Positions 57,182-64,000 of a DNA stretch of 64,000 nucleotides are shown here, in pieces (positions within the stretch are counted from its first letter, which is position 1; each line of letters begins with the position of its first letter). The position numbers were made by a program, and so were the translations under genes. Below the pieces are notes generated by a model that was not told where the DNA came from, made no database searches, and saw nothing but the letters and a program-made list of their open reading frames with translations. The stretch is from the NCBI GenBank assembly GCA_963786935.1, contig CAWBAN010000001.1:544001-608000 (forward strand), given 5' to 3'. This stretch comes from an uncultured bacterium. GTDB lineage: Bacteria; Krumholzibacteriota; Krumholzibacteriia; Krumholzibacteriales; Krumholzibacteriaceae.

Positions 57182-58003
57182 ATGAGAAGAACCGTGACCG
57201 TCGCCGTGATCGTCGCGCTCGCCGGTTCGTGCATATCTTCATCGGCTTTCCCCGAATCGGTGTTCGACGAGGGACGTTTCGTGACGCCGCGACTCGTGCT
57301 CGAGTCCCCCGGCCCCGCGAGCGGTTTCGCGGCGTTCGGGCCGGTTTCGGACGGCGGGGCCGCGCTCGCGGACGGGGAGCAGGCGAAGGATATATCGGCG
57401 AAGAGCGCCGCCGGCTGGAGCCTGCTCCTGCCGGGGCTCGGACAGCAGCGCGCGGGGCATCCGGTTCGCGCGAAGGTCTATTACGCCGTCGAGGCGGCGG
57501 TGTGGATTTCGGTCGCGACCTTCGCCTGGATGGGCTACGACCGGGAGAACACGTACAAGGATTACGCGGTCGTGTACGGGAGCGTCAGCGGAACGGATCA
57601 TTCGGACGATTTCTACCGGACGATCGGAGAATATCCCGCGAGCGACGGTCCCGACGGCTATAACGATGCGGTGCGGCGCGAGGCGAGGGATCTCTACTAT
57701 CCCGACGTCGCGGCGATGGAATCCTACTACCGGTCCAACGCGATGACCGGGGACGAGAGCTGGGCGTGGAACGGCGAGTCCGAATACCGGCGCTACGGCG
57801 ATATCCGCGACGGGAGCCGCTTCGCCTACCGGATCGCGCTCTACGCGGCGCTCGGCGCCGTCGCCCTCAGGATCGTGAGCGCCGCCGACGCGGTGAGGAC
57901 CGTTCACGTCGATCAGAATCCCCCGGCGACCGAAGGCGCGACGTCGATCGGAATCGAGCGGCGTTCCCAGGGAGTCGCGCTCTGCGTGCAGCGATCGTTC
58001 TAG
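57182..58003 (+). CDS. Hypothetical envelope protein (DUF5683-like), paralog 2
   Basis: Signal peptide, SLLLPGLGQ, YKDYA, FYRTIGEY, WAWN, LRIVSAADA; ends QRSF. Confidence 0.7.
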   Translation: MRRTVTVAVIVALAGSCISSSAFPESVFDEGRFVTPRLVLESPGPASGFAAFGPVSDGGAALADGEQAKDISAKSAAGWSLLLPGLGQQRAGHPVRAKVYYAVEAAVWISVATFAWMGYDRENTYKDYAVVYGSVSGTDHSDDFYRTIGEYPASDGPDGYNDAVRREARDLYYPDVAAMESYYRSNAMTGDESWAWNGESEYRRYGDIRDGSRFAYRIALYAALGAVALRIVSAADAVRTVHVDQNPPATEGATSIGIERRSQGVALCVQRSF

Positions 58004-58037
58004 GATTGTCCGCCGGTGGCCCGGCAGGCGGCGCGAG

Positions 58038-59021
58038 ATGAAACGCATCGTACCGGCACTCGTGATTCCGCTGATGCTCTGCGCGGCGGCGCCGCGCTCC
58101 TCCGGCTCAGCGCCGGCGCGCGCCGACACCTTGGGCGTTTCCGCGCACGCCGCGGATTCGGCGGCGCTCCCGTTGGCACCCGACACATCGAAGGCGATCC
58201 GAATCGAGGAGGCCGCGCTCCGTTTCGGCGCGGGGGATCTGCGCGAGCCGACCGGGCTCGACGTCGATACGCGGGGGAACGTTTACGTCGCCGACGCGAT
58301 GGCCGGCAAGGTGTTCCGGTATACGCCGGACGGCGCGTCCCTCGAGTTCGAGCGTCCGACGAGCGGCGCCGCGTTCTATCCCATCGATGTCGCCGTTCAG
58401 GAGTCGTTCATCCTCGTCCTCGATTATTCGCGGAACGGAATCGTGCGCTTCGACTCGTGGGGCAGCTATCTCGACGTCCTGCTGTCGTTCGACGTGTTCG
58501 ATCGGGTCCGTCCCGTCTCGATCACCGTGGAGCCGGGAGGCAGCCTCATCACGTCGGACGTGGCGAATCACACCGTGATCCTGTGGACGCCGCTCTACGA
58601 CCGCGAGCTGACCATCGGGGAGTTCGGGCGGGGACCGGGGAGGTTCAACGCGCCCCGCAAAGCGGCCTTCCTGCCGGACAAGGGGATCGTCGTCGTCGAG
58701 TCGGGGAACGCGCGGCTCCAATTCTTCTCTCCGTCCGGCCGGTACGAACGGATCGTGCAGCCGCCTCCGGAGCGGCCGTTCGCATCGCCGCGTTCCGTCG
58801 AGACCGATCACGCCGGCACGATATTCGTCTGCGACGCGAAGCAGGGCCGCATCTTCGTCTTCACCGCCGAAGGCGAGTTCGTCACGGACATCGATTCGTA
58901 TGCGGGAGAGGCCATCTCCCCGGCTGCGGCCGCCGCCGGCTGGGACAATACGCTCTACGTGGCCGATCTTAAATCCCGCTCCGTGATCGTGTACCGGCTT
59001 CGCTACCCCCCTGAACGATAA
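58038..59021 (+). CDS. Secreted NHL-repeat beta-propeller protein
   Basis: LREPTGLDVDTRGNVYVAD, GEFGRGPGRFNAP, IVVVESGNARLQFF, PRSVETD..GTIFVCD, LYVAD. Confidence 0.85.
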   Translation: MKRIVPALVIPLMLCAAAPRSSGSAPARADTLGVSAHAADSAALPLAPDTSKAIRIEEAALRFGAGDLREPTGLDVDTRGNVYVADAMAGKVFRYTPDGASLEFERPTSGAAFYPIDVAVQESFILVLDYSRNGIVRFDSWGSYLDVLLSFDVFDRVRPVSITVEPGGSLITSDVANHTVILWTPLYDRELTIGEFGRGPGRFNAPRKAAFLPDKGIVVVESGNARLQFFSPSGRYERIVQPPPERPFASPRSVETDHAGTIFVCDAKQGRIFVFTAEGEFVTDIDSYAGEAISPAAAAAGWDNTLYVADLKSRSVIVYRLRYPPER

Positions 59022-62000
59022 TGCGCGCATCCGCACGTGCAGCAGCCGTCGTCGTCACCTTCCTCTGCGGGGCCTGGTCCGCCGCGGCGTTCGCCGGCGA
59101 GTCGGCCGGCGGCGCCGTCGAGCGCGCCGTCGAGCGGCGCTCGTTCGTCCTCGAGCCGGGACAGACGAAGATCGAGATCGGGCGGTCCTTCATCGTTCCG
59201 GAGAGCGATTCCGTGACGGTTGACGGGGCGCCGCTCCAGCGAGGGAGCGCTTACCGCATCAACACGCTGCGGGGCTCGATCGTGCTCGTGAAGAGCGCGG
59301 CGGGGGGAGAGCGCCTCGTCGTGCGATTCTCCCGCTATCCGCTCCCGTTCGGTCCCGTGTTCGCCTCCCGCGTCGCCGAGGGGGCTCCGCCGCTGCCGAT
59401 CGAGCCCCTCGTCTCCCCGACGCCGGCGCGAGAGGTGAGCCGCGCCGCCGAGCCCTACCAGCTCCGGCTTTCGGGGAGCAAGACCGTCGGCGTCAACGTC
59501 GGTTCCAACAAGGATCTCGGCATCGATCAGAGCCTCCGCGTCACGATGGTCGGCAAGGTCGCGCAGGATCTCGAAGTGAATGCGTTCCTCACCGACGATA
59601 ACCTTCCCGTGCAGCCCGAGGGCAATACCGAGGAGCTCAAGTACATCGACAAGGTCTCCGTGCAGGTGAAGGCGAAGCATACCGAAGTGCAGCTCGGCGA
59701 TTTCACCTCCGCGCTCGCCTGGTCGCAGTTCTCCTCGTATCAGCGCGAGCTCCGCGGCGCGGCGGCGAGCGTCAACGCGCGGGGACAGACGTTCGCCGCG
59801 GGGGGAGGCGTGGCGAAGGGGAGGTTCAAAACGGCGACCTTCACGGGAAAGGAAGGGGTGCAGGGTCCGTACGAGCTGCTGCCCGCGAGGAGATTCAACG
59901 CCGTGATCATCCTCCCCGGCACCGAGCGAGTCTATTTCAACGGCCGGCTGCTCAAGCGCGGGAGCGAGAACGAGTACACGATCGATTACAGCCGCGGCGC
60001 CGTCACCTTCATGGAGCGGGTGACCGTCACGGACGATTCCGAGATCGTGATCGATTACGAGATGAGCGAGGACAGCTACGAGCGGACGACGGTCACCGGC
60101 GGTTGGGCGCTCGCCGGCCCCGGCCGCGCGTTGAACCTGCGAGCCTTCTTCTTTCAGGAGTCGGACGATGCGGGGCAGCCGACGTTCGGCGAGATCGGGG
60201 AAGAAGAGAAGACCGTTCTCGAAGGCGCGGGGGATGATCCGACGAAGGCGGTCACGTCGGGAATCGAACAGGTGGAGCCGGGAAAAGGGGACTATATCCT
60301 CGTGGCGGCCGACACGCTGCCGGCCCATTTCCGGTTCGCCGAATCGAGCGGGGACTACTCCCTCGATTTTTACGAGGCCGGCGCCGGCACGGGAGATTAC
60401 GTCGTCGACGGTTTCTCGGCGAGCGGGACCGTCAAGTACCGGTACGCCGGAACGGGGAAGGGGGATTTCCTGATCGGGAAATTCGTGCCGCTGCCGGAGC
60501 GCAAGAGGCTCTTCACGCTGGGCGCCTCCGCCGCGCGGGGCGCGCTCTTCTTCGACGCCGAGGGAAACGTGAGCGTTCACGACCGGAACATCATGTCCGC
60601 CTCCGGTGACGACGACAACACGGGGAAGGCGGTGAAGTTCTCCGGAGGGTTGCGGGACCTCGACGTCGCCGCCGCGAAGCTCTCCCTCACCGGAGAGTAT
60701 TCGACGCTCGACGACCGCTTCGCCTCGCCGGACAAGCGGAGGGAATCGTACTTCTACCGGGAGTGGGGTCTCGAGGGTCTCGCGTTTTCGGGGCGCGAGG
60801 CGATCGCGGGCGGCGGATTCTCGCTCGCCGGAGTCCGGCCGTGGAAGCTCTCGGGCACCTATCTCTCGCTCTCCCGGGGGACCGCGCTGTCGGCCCGGAA
60901 GGTCGACGTCGCCGGCACGGTCGGCGACATGGGCGGGCGCGGGCTCTCGGTCAGGGGATTCGACTCGAGGGCGGGAAGCGAACGGGAGCGGCGTTTCGCG
61001 CAGGGGAGCGGCGTGCTCTCGTTCTGGCATCTGGTTCCGCGCGCGATCGTCGAGGTCGAGCGCTACGAGGCGGCGTCCGCCGCCGCTCCCGATACGGGAC
61101 GGTATTACCGGCAGGGCGTTCTCTCGCTCGCGGGACGGGACATCGGCGCCTACCGGGCGAACGTGTCCCTCACGAAGCGGCTCACCGACGAGCTCGATAC
61201 GCTCCGCGCCGCGTGGTTCCGCGCGCGGGAGAACGACGAGATCGGGTTCGACGGCGGATATGCCAGCGGCGGGCGCATCCTCGAGCTCCTCGCGACGCAC
61301 CGCCGGACCCGCGAAGCGCAGTTCGACGACGTCTCGTGGTACAACCTCGCACGGGCGCGGGCGCGCGATTCGTGGGAAAAGGCCGCGCTCGCCGCGGACC
61401 TGAGCTACCGCATGAGCGCCGGGCAGGAGCGCACCCGGCAGCGGGCGATCGTGTACGTCGGCGAGAACCAGGGGGATTACGACAAGGAGGGGCGCGAGGT
61501 CGGGCAGAAGCGCGGCGACTACATGGTCCTCTACCTCCCGGGAGGGGACACGGAGCCCGTGCGGACGGTGGAGTTCGCCATACAGGTGAGCCTCGGCGCC
61601 GGCGCGCGCGGCATCGGCGGAGAGGTCGGAAACGGCGGCTTCTTCGGCGCGCTCAAGAGGGAAGTCGCGATCGACCATTCGTTCACCGTGACCGAGACGT
61701 CGCGGACCGACGATCTCGGGGGGCTCTATCTCCTGCGGCCGTCGCTCCTCCAGCGGGACGACGTCACCGTGTACGGGGTGAACAAGCTCCGCGAGGAGGT
61801 CACGCTCTTCAATTCGTCGAGGATCTTCAAGCTCCGCGTCACGTTCTCCCGCGAGGACGAGGAGGACAACCGGCTCGAGGGATCGTTCACCGAGCTCTAC
61901 TTCCGGGAGACGCGCGCGCGGATCGAATCGGCTCCGTGGGACGCGCTCGCCTTCACCTGGGAGGCGGGCTCGGCGCTGCGCGAGCGCTCGGCGACGGGAT

Positions 62001-62416
62001 TCTCGGGCCAGAACTACCGCGTCGGCACGAGGTCGCTCGCCCAGATTCTCCATTACCGGTTCAATCCGTCGACCAAGCTCTCGTTCGAGCTCGGGGCGGA
62101 GGATCGCGTGGACGACGTGTCGGCGGCGGAGCAGATTTCGTACATGGCGACCCCCTCGCTCACCTCGTCGATCGGCGAACGGGTCAACGTCTCCGCGTTT
62201 TTCAAGGTGACCTATACGGACGCGAAATCCGAGACGGGAAAGCCGCTTTTTTTCCTCGAGGAGGGGCTCCGCGAGGACTGGAGCGCCATGGGGCAATACC
62301 GCATCTCGAGGAACATCAGCTTCGGGCTCAATTACACGGGGCGCCGCGAGAAAAACTACGCGGGGGAGGTGAAGGCGGTACATGACCTCAAGGTTGAGAG
62401 CCGCGCTTCTTTCTAG
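59021..62416 (+). CDS. Large (1131 aa) putative outer-membrane protein with SprA-like internal motifs
   Basis: Signal peptide. Two copies of a (S/T)E.V..(D/N)G..L.RG..Y.I....G motif. LSGSKTVGV...QSLRVTMVGKV...LTDDNLPVQPEGNTEEL. Amphipathic beta-strand C-terminus ending RASF. Confidence 0.7.
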   Translation: MRASARAAAVVVTFLCGAWSAAAFAGESAGGAVERAVERRSFVLEPGQTKIEIGRSFIVPESDSVTVDGAPLQRGSAYRINTLRGSIVLVKSAAGGERLVVRFSRYPLPFGPVFASRVAEGAPPLPIEPLVSPTPAREVSRAAEPYQLRLSGSKTVGVNVGSNKDLGIDQSLRVTMVGKVAQDLEVNAFLTDDNLPVQPEGNTEELKYIDKVSVQVKAKHTEVQLGDFTSALAWSQFSSYQRELRGAAASVNARGQTFAAGGGVAKGRFKTATFTGKEGVQGPYELLPARRFNAVIILPGTERVYFNGRLLKRGSENEYTIDYSRGAVTFMERVTVTDDSEIVIDYEMSEDSYERTTVTGGWALAGPGRALNLRAFFFQESDDAGQPTFGEIGEEEKTVLEGAGDDPTKAVTSGIEQVEPGKGDYILVAADTLPAHFRFAESSGDYSLDFYEAGAGTGDYVVDGFSASGTVKYRYAGTGKGDFLIGKFVPLPERKRLFTLGASAARGALFFDAEGNVSVHDRNIMSASGDDDNTGKAVKFSGGLRDLDVAAAKLSLTGEYSTLDDRFASPDKRRESYFYREWGLEGLAFSGREAIAGGGFSLAGVRPWKLSGTYLSLSRGTALSARKVDVAGTVGDMGGRGLSVRGFDSRAGSERERRFAQGSGVLSFWHLVPRAIVEVERYEAASAAAPDTGRYYRQGVLSLAGRDIGAYRANVSLTKRLTDELDTLRAAWFRARENDEIGFDGGYASGGRILELLATHRRTREAQFDDVSWYNLARARARDSWEKAALAADLSYRMSAGQERTRQRAIVYVGENQGDYDKEGREVGQKRGDYMVLYLPGGDTEPVRTVEFAIQVSLGAGARGIGGEVGNGGFFGALKREVAIDHSFTVTETSRTDDLGGLYLLRPSLLQRDDVTVYGVNKLREEVTLFNSSRIFKLRVTFSREDEEDNRLEGSFTELYFRETRARIESAPWDALAFTWEAGSALRERSATGFSGQNYRVGTRSLAQILHYRFNPSTKLSFELGAEDRVDDVSAAEQISYMATPSLTSSIGERVNVSAFFKVTYTDAKSETGKPLFFLEEGLREDWSAMGQYRISRNISFGLNYTGRREKNYAGEVKAVHDLKVESRASF

Positions 62417-64000
62417 CGCGGCGATCGTCTTCATCTTGAGCGGCCGTGCGGAAGCGGGCGCGATCAGATCGGTGCGCTTTGCGGGGGCCGACGCGATATC
62501 CGCCTCGGCGCTCGCGAAGGGGAGCGTTCTGCGCGCGGGCGCCGCGTACACCGATTCGCTCGGGTCGAACGAGGCGGCGCGGATCGATTCTCTCTATTTC
62601 TCGGCCGGCTTCGTCGGCGCGCGGGTGAGCGTCGACACATCCGCCGCGGGAGACGGCGTCGACGTTCTCGTCGCGATACGGGAAGGGGAGCCGGCCCGGG
62701 TGGGCACGGTGTCGGTGAGCGGGGCCGAGCTCATCGGAGCGGCCGACGCGGCGAATCGAGTGCGCCCGGCGACGGGCGAGCGCTTCGATCCGTTCGCGCT
62801 CGAGGAATCGCTCCGGGGACTGCTCCTGTTCTACAACGAATCGGGATATGCGTACGCCCAGGTGTGGCTCACCGGCTTCCAATACCTGCCGGCGTCGAAC
62901 ACGGTCGAGCTCGCGGTCTCGGTATCCGAAGGGGTGCGTTCCCGCGTCGCGCGCGTCGTCTTCGAGGGGATCGCGAAAACGGATTCAACAGTCGCCCTTC
63001 GAATCTCCCGTCTCAAGCCGGGATCGATGTACAACGAGAAGCGCGTCGCGAACGCGGCGGGCTATCTCCGCGGATCGGGCTATTTCGAAACGGTCGGCGA
63101 CGCGCGGCTCGAGCGGCCGTCGGGCGGGGCGGTCGACGTCGTCATCCCGGTCCGGGACATCGAGCGGGGCAATCTCTTCCAGGGAGCGCTCGGGTTCTCG
63201 CGGAAGGAGGGAGGGGAATACGTTCTGAACGGCGCCATCGCGCTCGACCTCAGGAACATCGCGGGGACGGGGCGCCGGGCGCACTTCGACTGGCTGAACA
63301 ACGGCGAGCGCTATTCGAAGTTCCTGCTGAAGTACCGGGAGCCGTTCCTGTTTTCGAGCATGGTGAGCCTCGACGCGGAGCTCTCCCAGGTCATCCAGGA
63401 TACGGTGTATATGTGGAATGCCGGCGGCCTCTACGCGGGCATCCCGATCGGATCGGCCGTCTCCCTCGTCGCCGGCGCCGCGGCCGACCGGAACGTGCCG
63501 AGCACGGGGGATCTCCTGCGGAGCGTGCGCCAGCGCTATCGCGTCGGCGTCGAGAGCGCTGGCGCGGCGAATCTCGCGTTCGCCGCGTTCGTCGAGGGGG
63601 CCTCCCGGAAGCGCTATTACGCGGGGAACCGGTCCGAGCACGACGCGGAGCTCCTCTATCGCGTCGAGGGAAGCGCCGAGCGGGGCACGTGGCGAAATCA
63701 GAGCGTCTACGCGCGCATCGTCGCGGAGGGGGTGCACGCGACGGGGGACATCCCGCTCGCCGAGCTCTATCCGCTCGGCGGCGCCGCCTCGCTCAGGGGA
63801 TACCGCGAGAGCCAGTTCCGCGGCGAGAGCGTCGCGTTCGTGAATCTCGAATACCGCTTCGGCGAGGGGGGCTGGCTGTTCCTCTTCGACGACGTCGGGG
63901 CGTACTACCGGCGCGAAGACGGCTGGACCCCGAAGAACGGCGCCGGATTCGGCCTGCGATCGGAGTCGCCGGTCGGCATCGTGGCCCTGAGCTTCGGCGT
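62382..64000 (+). CDS. Omp85-superfamily (BamA/TamA-like) protein with POTRA domains, 3'-truncated; not in the ORF track
   Basis: ATG 62382 gives the signal MTSRLRAALLSSAAIVFILSGRAEA. POTRA-like repeats (LYFSAGF..ARV, FYNESGYAYAQV, YLRGSGYF), RNIAGTGR, YREPFL, and in frame LGGAASLRGY...NLEYRF...FDDVG...GFGLR. Confidence 0.88.
   Translation, partial: MTSRLRAALLSSAAIVFILSGRAEAGAIRSVRFAGADAISASALAKGSVLRAGAAYTDSLGSNEAARIDSLYFSAGFVGARVSVDTSAAGDGVDVLVAIREGEPARVGTVSVSGAELIGAADAANRVRPATGERFDPFALEESLRGLLLFYNESGYAYAQVWLTGFQYLPASNTVELAVSVSEGVRSRVARVVFEGIAKTDSTVALRISRLKPGSMYNEKRVANAAGYLRGSGYFETVGDARLERPSGGAVDVVIPVRDIERGNLFQGALGFSRKEGGEYVLNGAIALDLRNIAGTGRRAHFDWLNNGERYSKFLLKYREPFLFSSMVSLDAELSQVIQDTVYMWNAGGLYAGIPIGSAVSLVAGAAADRNVPSTGDLLRSVRQRYRVGVESAGAANLAFAAFVEGASRKRYYAGNRSEHDAELLYRVEGSAERGTWRNQSVYARIVAEGVHATGDIPLAELYPLGGAASLRGYRESQFRGESVAFVNLEYRFGEGGWLFLFDDVGAYYRREDGWTPKNGAGFGLRSESPVGIVALSFG

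Noticed and set aside
59003..62551. 1182 aa minus-strand ORF, and similar long antisense ORFs (17474-21031, 13429-15963, 28333-30288, 47018-49105, 55072-57234, 35025-37139)
   Set aside because: These are shadow ORFs opposite or overlapping well-supported genes. High GC3 suppresses stop codons, and the translations are Arg/Pro/Ala-rich with no motifs.

Overview
Gene-dense, high-GC (roughly 65-70% by eye) bacterial chromosome segment. It shows no rRNA, tRNA, CRISPR array, transposase or phage gene. Gene content (PorU/PorV-like T9SS genes with an FlgD-type C-terminal domain, a Wzi-family barrel, a DGGGPS-like UbiA protein, MglA, CIRCE-controlled groESL) suggests a diderm of the wider FCB group outside Bacteroidota, for example a Krumholzibacteriota/Latescibacterota-like lineage; this placement is inference. 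Housekeeping blocks are valS-rodZ-uvrB-nadC-birA-coaX, groES-groEL, dapL-folB-folK-dNK-panB-panC-HIT-lytR_C-DUF4321-tatA, ppiD, and M23 peptidase-dnaE. The most interesting parts are: (1) a >13 kb envelope/secretion locus, trm112-porU-porV-two paralogous membrane proteins-NHL protein-1131 aa SprA-motif barrel-Omp85 (the Omp85 ORF runs off the window and is missing from the ORF track), preceded by a leader with a terminator-like hairpin; (2) an mglA with no adjacent mglB and a long C-terminal extension, behind a sigma54 promoter and a ~127 nt multi-stem leader; (3) a PatA-PimA-like glycolipid operon with an MFS transporter; (4) an archaeal-type DGGGP-synthase-like gene between wzi and uppP, followed by a compositionally distinct ubiE / FeS-FAD oxidoreductase / acyl-reductase / tfoX islet; (5) a stand-alone, divergent GMP synthase ATPPase subunit; (6) probable leaderless promoters. 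All calls come from motif recognition by eye; no database searches were run.
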